The notes below the pieces were generated by a model. The model searched no databases. It saw nothing but the letters and a program-made list of their open reading frames with translations, and was not told where the DNA came from. A program made the position numbers and the translations under genes. This document shows, piece after piece, positions 20,040 to 28,967 of a stretch of DNA of 64,000 bases; position 1 is the stretch's first letter, and each line of letters starts with the position of its first letter. The stretch lies in assembly GCA_036479435.1 (NCBI GenBank), contig JAZGFI010000090.1:1-64000 (forward strand), written 5' to 3'. This stretch comes from Planctomycetota bacterium. Lineage in GTDB: Bacteria > Planctomycetota > GCA-002687715 > DRQF01.

Positions 20040-20176
20040 GGCGTTCTCCAATCTTCAGATGCTTGGCGCCCTTAGGGCGCGGGATTCTCGCGGCCCAACC
20101 CTTCGAAAGGCCAAGAACCGCTTTCTATTTCCTCGCTGGCACTTTGGGAAAGGCCAAGGGTGGCAGCGAGAAAGGG

Positions 20177-20205
20177 ATATTAGAGGGTGAGGGAGGGGAA
20201 TGCAA
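20177..20205 (-). promoter_or_regulatory. Sigma70-type promoter for sORF-lexA
   Basis: On the minus strand: TTGCAT, 17 nt, TAATAT. Confidence 0.65.
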
Positions 20206-20289
20206 GGGAGAAGTTAGGGTTTTGTTAGGGTCGACCGAAATCACCGGTCCCTTGCTTTTGCCGCGAGTGGGGATGGGCGAGAATGGGGC

Positions 20290-21903
20290 ATGCCAAGTAA
20301 CTATCCACAGCTTTGGGATCCTACTCAGGTGTTCTACGAGGAGGTTCATACCGAAGTCCTCGTGATTGGCGGCGGTGTCGCCGGGTTTAGCGCGTCGATC
20401 GCCGCGGCGGCTGAAGGGGCCGAGGTATTATGCGTGACCAAGGACACGGCGACCTCGTCTAATACCTGGTGGGCGCAGGGCGGCGTGGCCGCGGTCTTAG
20501 GTGATGAAGACAGCTTCGAGTCTCACTGCGATGACACGCTGAAGACGGGCCGTGGTCTGTCGCAACACGAGGCAGTCGAGGTCGTGGTTCGCGAGGGGCC
20601 TCAACGCATCGCCGAACTTTTGGAGTGGGGCGGTGCCTTTGATCTCGACCAGGATAATCGGCTCGATCTCACGCTTGAGGGTGGCCACAGTCACAAGCGC
20701 ATCGTTCACGCGCGCGGCGATCAAACGGGTACGGAAGTTCAGGGCACTCTCATTCGCAAAGTCCGGTCACTTCAAAACGTGACGTTGTGGGAGCACGGAT
20801 TTGCCCTGGATCTACTCGTGGAAGGGGACCGCTGCGGTGGCGCCATTGTTTGCCGAAATGGTGTTTACGTCTTGATACGCGCCAAGGCCGTAGTGATGGC
20901 GACGGGGGGAGCAGGGCAGCTTTACCGCGAGTCCACCAACCCGCCCATTGCGACCGCCGATGGATTGGGCATGGCTTTGCGCGCGGGGGCGGGATTACGC
21001 GACCTGGAGTTCGTGCAGTTTCATCCGACGACGCTCTACGTTGCGGGCTCGGCGCGTCAACTGATTACAGAAGCGGTTCGCGGTGAGGGCGGCTTGCTTC
21101 GTGACATGCGAGGCGAGCGGTTCATGGTCAATTACCATCCGGATGCCGAGCTTGCGCCGCGCGACGTGGTCTGCCGGGCCATTGTGCGCCACATGAAAGC
21201 CAACGGCGACAGCCACGTCTTCATTGACATCACGCACTTTGATCCGAAGTTCGTCGAGGAGCGTTTTCCGCGGCTCAGCCACATTTGTCAGATCTACAAC
21301 TTGGACGTCACCAAAGACCTCATTCCGATTCACCCCAGTGTTCACTACATGATGGGGGGCATCGAGGTCGATTTAGAGGGCCGAACTCAAGTGCAGGCTC
21401 TTTTCGCCTGCGGTGAAGTCGCATCGAGCGGCTTACACGGTGCGAATCGGCTAGCCAGCAATTCTTTGTTGGAGGGCTTTGTCTTTGGCCGCCGGGCGGG
21501 CCGAGCCGCCGCGAACGAACCGCCGCTGACGCGGTCTTTGGATCTCCCGCCCTCCCCCGACTTTGGCCTCGACGGTAGCGTGATGAACGCTGGCGATATG
21601 TACAACAGCATCAAGAGCCTCATGTGGCGCGACGTCGGTATCGTTCGCGACGAAAGCTCTTTGCAATCCGCCGTCAAGCGACTCGAGGCTTGGTCGGCCT
21701 ACGTCTTTCAGTGTGCTTTTCACGAACAGAAGGGCTGGGAGCTGGTAAACGTCTTGAGTGCAGCGGCAGGCGTGGCAAACTCGGCCTTGCGCCGCCGCGA
21801 GAGTCGCGGTGCCCATTTTCGAAGCGATTACCCCGAAACCGACGACGCGAACTTTCTGTGTCATTCGGTCTATCCCTCCAAGGACAACTCCACCCATGGC
21901 TGA
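20290..21903 (+). CDS. nadB: L-aspartate oxidase
   Basis: GGGVAG FAD motif, AQGGVA, LEGGHS, QFHPT, ITEAVRGEG, LAPRDVV, HYMMGG, GLHGANRLASNSLLE, ESRGAHFR. Confidence 0.95.
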   Translation: MPSNYPQLWDPTQVFYEEVHTEVLVIGGGVAGFSASIAAAAEGAEVLCVTKDTATSSNTWWAQGGVAAVLGDEDSFESHCDDTLKTGRGLSQHEAVEVVVREGPQRIAELLEWGGAFDLDQDNRLDLTLEGGHSHKRIVHARGDQTGTEVQGTLIRKVRSLQNVTLWEHGFALDLLVEGDRCGGAIVCRNGVYVLIRAKAVVMATGGAGQLYRESTNPPIATADGLGMALRAGAGLRDLEFVQFHPTTLYVAGSARQLITEAVRGEGGLLRDMRGERFMVNYHPDAELAPRDVVCRAIVRHMKANGDSHVFIDITHFDPKFVEERFPRLSHICQIYNLDVTKDLIPIHPSVHYMMGGIEVDLEGRTQVQALFACGEVASSGLHGANRLASNSLLEGFVFGRRAGRAAANEPPLTRSLDLPPSPDFGLDGSVMNAGDMYNSIKSLMWRDVGIVRDESSLQSAVKRLEAWSAYVFQCAFHEQKGWELVNVLSAAAGVANSALRRRESRGAHFRSDYPETDDANFLCHSVYPSKDNSTHG

Positions 21904-23176
21904 TTCCGAACGCGGCGCGGAGAAATCCAAAGTTGAAACGGCGATTCTGGTCGGCTGTGGCACGGCGGATATTTCCAACGACCCCGACCTGAAGGTCTTA
22001 GATGAACTCGCGGAACTCGCCAAGACCGCCGATACCGAACCCATTGCGCGGGTCTATCAAAAACGAAGTCGCCCCGATACGGCGTTTTATGTCGGTAAGG
22101 GTAAAGCCGACGAAATCACCTCACTGCGCCGCGACGAAGAAGCCGACGTCGTCATCTTTGACGTCGAACTAACGCCGCGTCAGCTCAGCAACCTCGAAGA
22201 GAAAATTGGCTGTCGCGTCCTCGATCGATCCGAAGTCATTATTGACATCTTCGCCACCCACGCACGCAGCCAAGCCTCGCGCCTGCAGGTAGAGCTGGCA
22301 CAACTTCGCTACACGCGCCCGCGCCTAAAACGCATGTGGACTCACTTGTCTCGCATCGCGGGGCAGGGCGGAATCGGTAGTCGCGGTCCGGGTGAAAAGC
22401 AGATCGAGACCGACCGTCGCCTCATCGACCGGCGACTCAATCACCTCGAACAACAGCTCCAAGAGATCAAAGTCCGCAAAGAGCGCCAAGTCAAAACGCG
22501 CAGCGACGAACTCACGATGTCGCTCATTGGCTACACCAACGCTGGCAAATCCACGCTGATGAACTGCCTCACCGACGCGGCCGTTTTTCAGGCCGACATG
22601 CTGTTTGCAACTTTGGACACCAAGACCAGCGACTTCGAACTCCCGAGCGGGCAAAAAGTCTTGATCTCCGACACCGTCGGCTTCATCAAAAACCTGCCTC
22701 ATCACCTGGTGGCGAGCTTTCACGCCACGCTCGAAGAAGTCCGCCAAGCCAAGTTACTTCTCCACGTCGTCGACGCCGCGAGCCCCGGTGTCAAAGAACG
22801 TATCGACACCGTACACCGGGTTCTCTACGACGAACTCAAAATCGGCGATCACGAAGAACTCGTCATCTTCAACAAGATCGACAGGGTCGAAGACGCCTCG
22901 GAAATAAACCTATTAAAGGGCCAATTCGACCACTTCATCGAAGTTTCCGCCAAGACCGGCGAGGGCATCGACAAACTCCTCGAAGCCATCACCGAGTTCG
23001 CCGATCGCGACCGCAAAGTCCTCAACCTCTCCATCCCCGCTGGCGACGGCAAGACCCTCGCCGAGCTCAACCGCGTCGGCGAAATCCTCGACCAGGAGTA
23101 CATCGAAGACTCCGTCCGCATCCGAGTGCGCCTAGCTCTCGAACATGTCAGCCGTTTCGAGGCTTTCGCGGGCTAA
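21896..23176 (+). CDS. hflX: Ribosome-splitting GTPase HflX
   Basis: GPGEKQIETDRR, G1 GYTNAGKS, LFATLD, DTVGFI, NKID; ATG at 21896 overlaps the end of nadB. Confidence 0.96.
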   Translation: MADSERGAEKSKVETAILVGCGTADISNDPDLKVLDELAELAKTADTEPIARVYQKRSRPDTAFYVGKGKADEITSLRRDEEADVVIFDVELTPRQLSNLEEKIGCRVLDRSEVIIDIFATHARSQASRLQVELAQLRYTRPRLKRMWTHLSRIAGQGGIGSRGPGEKQIETDRRLIDRRLNHLEQQLQEIKVRKERQVKTRSDELTMSLIGYTNAGKSTLMNCLTDAAVFQADMLFATLDTKTSDFELPSGQKVLISDTVGFIKNLPHHLVASFHATLEEVRQAKLLLHVVDAASPGVKERIDTVHRVLYDELKIGDHEELVIFNKIDRVEDASEINLLKGQFDHFIEVSAKTGEGIDKLLEAITEFADRDRKVLNLSIPAGDGKTLAELNRVGEILDQEYIEDSVRIRVRLALEHVSRFEAFAG

Positions 23177-23220
23177 GTTTCAGACCGGAATTCGTAGAGA
23201 CAAACCAAAGTGTGGGTGTA

Positions 23221-23663
23221 GTGGTTCAGGTAGCGGTTGAGTTTGGGCTAGCGCAGGTGGCGAGCCCAGCGGAGGAGCTTTGGGCGAGGTTTTTCTAAGA
23301 CCACGAGCTCGAGGATTTCGAGCTGGTGGCGTTCAGCTTGGCCCACACCGGGCTCCCCTCCGGCATCGCTCGTCGAAGCTGAGGCGGCAGCGGGGCGAGA
23401 GCGCCGCGGCTCTCGCGGACTTTCTGCGTGGCTCTGGCGGCGCCAGCGCTGACCTGTCGAATCTAACTCCCGAGGAGCGCAGGTCGCTGCAGCGTTCTTG
23501 TGGTGACAACAACAAGCTCAACACCGATTACGACTTCTATAGCGCCGGTCTCGATAGAGTGACGGAACCCAACGTTACCGCATGGCCGAGTGCTGACGAC
23601 ATCCTGCGCGCTAAGAACGGTTTGTTCTTTGGCACGGTCGAAGAGCTGTTGAGACAATACTGA
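23221..23663 (+). pseudogene. Degenerate remnant whose C-terminus resembles GspG-like pseudopilins
   Basis: LNTDYDFYSAGLDRVT...SADDILRAKNGLFFG resembles, from memory, the C-terminal motif of GspG-like proteins. There is no prepilin N-terminus and upstream frames contain stops. Confidence 0.4.
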
Positions 23664-23712
23664 TACCGTTTTTCCTTGCTCGAAAGCTGCGGCCGAGCCT
23701 TGACTGCAAATG

Positions 23713-23752
23713 AAAAGACCCCTCGGCCGCCATGGCGATCGAAGGGTCTTTT
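23713..23752. terminator. Bidirectional intrinsic terminator
   Basis: aaaagaccc...gggtctttt stem-loop between convergent units. Confidence 0.75.
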
Positions 23753-23779
23753 GCTGTTTGCCAATTGGGCCGAGAGCGC

Positions 23780-24901
23780 TTAACCGTCTTCTTCGGGTTT
23801 CGGTGGTGACCAGTCGGTACCTTCCTTTTTCCACCAACTCCACCATCGTTCGAGGCCTTTGCGGCGCCAGCGAACGCTCGAAGCGTGGCCCTCGGCGCCG
23901 ACTTCTTGCCAGTCATAGATAGCGTCGCGCCAGTAGTCGTCGTAGTCGTCGCTGCGGCTCGCCGTTTCGGCCAGGGCCTGAACGATCGTCCAACCGCGCC
24001 GGGCATCATCCTTGTCGGCCAGGTCGAGACTCGTCATGGCGTTGATGAGGTAAGGGATTGCCTTTTTGGGCATCGCGACGAGTGCGTCCTGTGCTTGGAG
24101 CGCCTTGCGGGTCGCATTGATGTCTTTGAGCGTCGTCACGAAGCCCTCAATGGCTTTCATTTCCTCTTCACTGGTCTCAGCGCTCGGGTCGAACGGTGTC
24201 AGCTCCATTGGGGGCTTCTTCGTTCGCTTTCTGGAATTTTTCTTGCTGGTCTTGGCAGCGTTGGTTTCACCCACGTCGTCGCCCTTGACCGCCGCTGTTT
24301 TTTCGCCATTTGACGCGGAGTCCGTTCCGCCTAGGAGGTCGCCGCTCTCATCGACGCCGAGGTCAGCACCACCTGTTTCTTTGTCCACCTCATTCTTGGC
24401 TGTGGTTTCCGTGGACTCGTTCGGCTCGTCGCCGCCTTGACTCCAAAGAAATGCGCCGACGACGCCCGCGACGACCAAGACTCCGAGGCTGCCGAGGATG
24501 AGGGCCATTGGCGCGCCATCGCCCTTGGGACGATGATGCGCGTGGCGACTAGAAACGCTGCCCTCTTGGACGCCCGTCTCACTTTTTTGGCGGTTTCGAG
24601 ACCGACTGGCGCTGCGAGAGCTGCGACGGCTGGAACCTTTGCTCTTGGGGCGTTCGGCGGCCTCGCCACTTTCTTCGGCATGGTCACCGTTGCGGGATTT
24701 ATGGCGCCTCGATTGAATAACGGGGGCTTTTCTTGCACCCGCGGCGGGCGACGGTTTGGCCAATCGGGATTCCCAGTCTTTGCCGAGCACCTTGCGCAGT
24801 ACGAGGATCATGCCGCAGCCCGCGCAGTCGATTTTTCGAGTGCCTGCCACCGGAATGGCTTGGCTGTGTTTGCACTCGGGGCAGGTCAGTTTGTTACTCA
24901 C
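23780..24901 (-). CDS. Membrane protein: N-terminal Zn-ribbon, basic linker, single TM, C-terminal helical (HEAT-like) domain
   Basis: CPEC...CAGC; TM ALILGSLGVLVVAGVVGAFLW; C-terminal domain ending WWSWWKKEG; GTG start after GGAG. Confidence 0.8.
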   Translation of the reverse strand: MSNKLTCPECKHSQAIPVAGTRKIDCAGCGMILVLRKVLGKDWESRLAKPSPAAGARKAPVIQSRRHKSRNGDHAEESGEAAERPKSKGSSRRSSRSASRSRNRQKSETGVQEGSVSSRHAHHRPKGDGAPMALILGSLGVLVVAGVVGAFLWSQGGDEPNESTETTAKNEVDKETGGADLGVDESGDLLGGTDSASNGEKTAAVKGDDVGETNAAKTSKKNSRKRTKKPPMELTPFDPSAETSEEEMKAIEGFVTTLKDINATRKALQAQDALVAMPKKAIPYLINAMTSLDLADKDDARRGWTIVQALAETASRSDDYDDYWRDAIYDWQEVGAEGHASSVRWRRKGLERWWSWWKKEGTDWSPPKPEEDG

Positions 24902-24952
24902 TTGAGGTCTCCAAAGAAAGTCGAGAAAGGCGGCGGGGGAGAGGCAGTAAAC

Positions 24953-26221
24953 TCAGCCCTCGTTTTCCTCATCCTTTTTTAATTCGTCCCAGCTCTTTTC
25001 GTTGTAGTCGATGTCTTTTTTGACCCAGGTGGCGCCTTCAACTTTCCACCAACCAAACCACTGTCGCAGTGATTTGGTCCGTTCTTCGGGCGTTCCTTTG
25101 GTCATGCCGCCCATGCCGAGTCCCTGACGGGAGTTCCCCGGCGTGTAGCGAAAACTCTTGTTCGTCATTTCGCGCAGAGCCTGGATTAGCACCCAGGCCT
25201 TCTTCATGTCGGTCTTTTCGCTGTGATCTAGGGCGGCGATGGCGTTGAGAACGCCCGGGATCGCCAGCTTCCCGATTTGGATCATCTCGTCGCGAGACTG
25301 GTTGGCTTTTCTAATGTTGCCTTCGTCCAGGGTCGCGACGATGAGTTCGTTGACGCGCTTGCGTTCGGCCTCACCAGAGGCAATAGGCCAAGGCACGGGC
25401 GTGACATCGGCCTCGGGAGGGCCAACGAAACGGGGCTTTCTTTTCCTTTTTTCTTTGCCCAGTTTCGCACCGAAGTCTTTCTTTCGGCTCTTCTTTGAAC
25501 CACCGGTTTTTAACTGCCGAAACTGCTCGTGTTGCACGCGCGTGATGCGCCAAGCTTTGGGGTTTTGGGCGTCGATGAGTTCGTCGTAACCGTCCAAGAG
25601 CTCCGAGGTCAAGTTGATCTGAATCATCTTGCGGTTGCGGTCGTCTTTGACGAGAAAACCGACGAGGCCGTAGTCGCCGCGAACGACGTCGCGGTTCGGC
25701 GGGATGAGTCCTTTGTTGAAGTCCTCGATAAAGAACTTCTGCACGACTTCGATGTACTCTTCGTCCATGATCTCAAAGAGATAGTCATTGATGAGCTTTC
25801 GTTTCCCGGCTTCATCGAGATTGGCGTAGCGTCTTTTTTCGCCCCAGTTGTTTTCGCCTGCAATGCGCCTGAACAAATAGTCCCAAGAGATGATCTTGGA
25901 CATAATAGAGCTGTCATCGGTCGCCAAGGCCGTCATGAACTGGCCGGCGAGTTTTTCGGGAAGGGTACTCTCTTCGCCCGGTTTACGCGGTCTGTCTTTG
26001 CCGCCGTGATCAAGTTTTGGCGTTCGGTAGTTGTCAGAGGGATTCGAGTTCTTTGGCTTTTTGGGCTTATCTTCGCCGAGGGCGTAGATGACCATGAAAA
26101 TGAAACCTACAAACAAGAGGGCGCCAAGGCTGACCTTGAGCGCGAGCGCATTGTCACGGTTTTTGGAAGAGTCCCCACGGTCGGGACTTTTGCGGCGGAT
26201 TGCGGGGCGACGAGCGGCCAT
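24953..26221 (-). CDS. Single-TM membrane protein with a C-terminal domain paralogous to 23780-24901
   Basis: ATG 26221 after AGGAG; TM LGALLFVGFIFMVIYAL; C-terminal domain ending WFGWWKVEG. Confidence 0.8.
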   Translation of the reverse strand: MAARRPAIRRKSPDRGDSSKNRDNALALKVSLGALLFVGFIFMVIYALGEDKPKKPKNSNPSDNYRTPKLDHGGKDRPRKPGEESTLPEKLAGQFMTALATDDSSIMSKIISWDYLFRRIAGENNWGEKRRYANLDEAGKRKLINDYLFEIMDEEYIEVVQKFFIEDFNKGLIPPNRDVVRGDYGLVGFLVKDDRNRKMIQINLTSELLDGYDELIDAQNPKAWRITRVQHEQFRQLKTGGSKKSRKKDFGAKLGKEKRKRKPRFVGPPEADVTPVPWPIASGEAERKRVNELIVATLDEGNIRKANQSRDEMIQIGKLAIPGVLNAIAALDHSEKTDMKKAWVLIQALREMTNKSFRYTPGNSRQGLGMGGMTKGTPEERTKSLRQWFGWWKVEGATWVKKDIDYNEKSWDELKKDEENEG

Positions 26222-26422
26222 GATGCTCCTGTCATGAAGAAGGATAAGCGTACGCCTTCGCGCTGCTTTGCGACGAGAAACGAGGGCGGAGTGGGATAAT
26301 ACCATTCCCAACGTGGGGGCGAATCGATGGTTCAATTAGGCCGCCCGTTCAAGGCAGGCGCGGTGGCCCGCGGTGGCTAAATGGATCAGCAAGCCGAGTT
26401 TCGGGGCCCCGGTCGGCCCGGG

Positions 26423-26446
26423 GACTGTCCTCTGTAGAGGACAGTC
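26423..26446. promoter_or_regulatory. Perfect palindrome in a divergent intergenic region (candidate operator)
   Basis: gactgtcctct-gt-agaggacagtc: 11-bp arms with a 2-nt spacer; TATGAT follows at 26468-26473. Confidence 0.55.
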
Positions 26447-26630
26447 TGAGGTTCCCGGCGGGGACAGTATGATGGGTAAATGCGAGCGATGGGCCTTGGG
26501 TCTCGGTGATCCAAAACCATTGTTTACATAGGTTTAAGGCTAAAAATGTCCTTGCACCTGCCGCCTAAAACTTCGGCACGGGCTTTGTATACGTACTGTG
26601 TACCAGACAACGCTCCAAAAGGAGATCTCC

Positions 26631-28874
26631 ATGCCCCGTCCACTCAATACCATGCTCGCTACTTTGGTCGTCAGCGCCGCTTTGCTCGTCGCTGCCGCTA
26701 GCGACCTTTCGGCCCAATCGCGAGGCCGGTCCGGTCTGGGTTCTTCGGGCGCCACGCCAAGGGTCGCTCCGCGCCGCGCCCCGACTCCCAGAGCCGCGCC
26801 CCGACGTGCTCCCGCTCCGCGTCGTCAGGCGACACCGCGACGTGCCCCGCGTCCGCAAGCTAGCCCTCGTCGAGCTCCGGCCCCGCGTCCGCAAGCTAAA
26901 CCACGTCGTGCCCCGGCTCCCAGAGCCGCGCCTCGCCGCGCTCCCGCTCCTCGTCGTCAGGCTACGCCTCGCCGCGCTCCCGCTCCTCGTCGTCAGGCTA
27001 CGCCGCGCCGCGCTCCGCGTCCGCAATCTACACCTCGTCGTGCTCCGGCCCCGCGTCCGCAAGCTAAACCACGCCGCGCTCCGGCCCCCAGAGTGGCCCC
27101 CCGTCGTGCCCCGGCCCCGCGCCGCCAAGCGACTCCTCGCCGTGCGCCAGCGCCCAAGGCAAGCCCGCGTCGCGCCCCAGCTCCCAAGAGTTCACCGCCC
27201 CGTCGCACCCGCGCTCCCAAACTTGCTCCTCGGGCCTCGGCTCCGAAGATCAAGTCCGGTACGCGCCGATCCAGCTCTACGTCATCGAAGTCTCGAGGCT
27301 TGACGCGTACCAACCCGCCGCGTCTGGGCCGCTCGAGTAAGTCCGGTGGCCGTTCGAGCGCCAAGGCTCCTAGGCGCCAAGCGCGTCCGAGCTACCGCAA
27401 CCAAGGTGTCACCCGTTACAAGCCCGCGCGCAAAAATTCGACTTTCAAGGGAATCGTTAAGAACAAGAGCTCTCGTTCAAAAGTTGGTCGCCGCGGCGTC
27501 GCCGGCGGTCGCAGTCCGGTGACCGGTGTGCGCAAACCCGCGTCGCCTCGCCTTGGCAAGTCGGCCAATCGCGCAACGAACGCAAACCGTCGGGGGTCCG
27601 TCAACGGTCTCAAGCGGGTCACACCGCGACCAGGTCGCTTGCGCAGTATTGCTCCCACCAAAACTGCGGCTCCTCGTGTCGCGAAGAATCCCAAGCGCCT
27701 CCAAGGCCGCGGCTACTTGCCGCCAGCCGCGAGTGCCGGTGTTGTTGTCGCCAGCGGTCACTCCGGGAGTCACTCAAGTCACAGCTCAAGCCTGGGGCTC
27801 GGATTCTTCTTCGGCGGCGGTAGTTTCGGATTCAACCTGAGTTATGGATCAGGGCACCATTACTACGACCACTACAACCCCTATGCGTTTAGCTACGGCT
27901 ACGGTGGCGGCCCTTGGTACACGAACAGCTATCTCCATTCGGCGGGCTACCGGCCCTATTGGAATCGCCACTACTACGGCCACCGTTTCTACCGAGGTCA
28001 TCGCAGCTATTTTGGATTCCGACGCTTCAGTCGCTTTCACTTCGGATTCAACTACTACCACCCCTACTCGCACTACAGCCCCTACCCTTTGTATCGCTCG
28101 AGTTACTACGAGCCCTATTATGTGTCGAGCTATGCTGCGGCGTATCCGGCCTACCGGACGTATCACTACGTTCGCCGGCCCGCCTACTATGCGAGCGCTT
28201 CTTATGGTTCGAGCTACGGCGGCTGTGTTGAGTCAGTCGACCCCTATGTCGAAGAAGAAGTCGCCATCGACATCAGCGAACTCGACGACGAAGACTATGA
28301 ACTGAGCATTGTCACCACTTCGTTGGAGCTCGCTCCCAGCATTTCTTTGGGACTGTCGGAGCCGTTCATCGACGACTTCGCGCGCGATCTCAGCTACGAC
28401 GAGTATCTCGCCTACGGCGAGGAAGCTCTTTTTAATGGCGACTATCTTTCTGCGGCCGAGGCTTTTCGCCGCGCGGTGAATGCTAAGCCGCAAGATGACT
28501 ACGCCCTGTTCCAACTCGGTACAGCTTTGTTTGGTGCGGGTCGTTACCAGCTCGCGGCACGCATGATAGAACTCGGCCTTGACCAGAATCCCGCGTGGTT
28601 ACACCGCCGTTTCAGCCTCGAAGACGTCTTCGCCAGCGTGACTGAATTCAAGGCTCGTACGCAGGCCTTAGAGGGCTACCTCATCGATAGAGAAGGTGAC
28701 AGCGAAGCTCGATTCTTGTTGTCTTACGTCTACTACTTCTCGGGGAACCTCTTCGGCGCGCGCAGTAACTTGCGGTTGCTAAAGACTAGTGGGTCGAAGA
28801 TCGGCCATGTCGATGCGATGGTCGACGAAGCCGAGCGCCGTTTGCTTCAATTGCGCGAGCAGTACCAAAAATAG
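26631..28874 (+). CDS. Exported low-complexity protein: PRRAP repeats, Tyr/His/Gly-rich region, acidic linker, C-terminal TPR domain
   Basis: AAGGAG RBS; signal peptide ending SAQ; 13 PRRAP units; TPR-like GEEALFNGDYLSAAEAFRRAV...LGTALFGAGRY. Confidence 0.85.
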   Translation: MPRPLNTMLATLVVSAALLVAAASDLSAQSRGRSGLGSSGATPRVAPRRAPTPRAAPRRAPAPRRQATPRRAPRPQASPRRAPAPRPQAKPRRAPAPRAAPRRAPAPRRQATPRRAPAPRRQATPRRAPRPQSTPRRAPAPRPQAKPRRAPAPRVAPRRAPAPRRQATPRRAPAPKASPRRAPAPKSSPPRRTRAPKLAPRASAPKIKSGTRRSSSTSSKSRGLTRTNPPRLGRSSKSGGRSSAKAPRRQARPSYRNQGVTRYKPARKNSTFKGIVKNKSSRSKVGRRGVAGGRSPVTGVRKPASPRLGKSANRATNANRRGSVNGLKRVTPRPGRLRSIAPTKTAAPRVAKNPKRLQGRGYLPPAASAGVVVASGHSGSHSSHSSSLGLGFFFGGGSFGFNLSYGSGHHYYDHYNPYAFSYGYGGGPWYTNSYLHSAGYRPYWNRHYYGHRFYRGHRSYFGFRRFSRFHFGFNYYHPYSHYSPYPLYRSSYYEPYYVSSYAAAYPAYRTYHYVRRPAYYASASYGSSYGGCVESVDPYVEEEVAIDISELDDEDYELSIVTTSLELAPSISLGLSEPFIDDFARDLSYDEYLAYGEEALFNGDYLSAAEAFRRAVNAKPQDDYALFQLGTALFGAGRYQLAARMIELGLDQNPAWLHRRFSLEDVFASVTEFKARTQALEGYLIDREGDSEARFLLSYVYYFSGNLFGARSNLRLLKTSGSKIGHVDAMVDEAERRLLQLREQYQK
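26769..27179 (+). repeat. In-frame coding tandem repeat (30-36 nt units encoding PRRAP-x5-7)
   Basis: 13 PRRAP units counted in the translation; DNA copies have diverged at synonymous sites. Confidence 0.9.
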
Positions 28875-28967
28875 CAAGCAGTCAATCTTTTGGATGTGGA
28901 CGGACGCCCTTGGGCGTCTGTTTGCAGTTTTGCACGTTTGGATGGGTGGTGAGTCGGCGGCGACCCA

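Noticed and set aside
26565..27364. Repetitive alternative-frame and antisense ORFs (187, 165 and 123 aa), and the possibility of a CRISPR array
   Set aside because: They are shadows of the in-frame PRRAP coding repeat; there are no constant repeats with unique spacers and no cas genes in the window.
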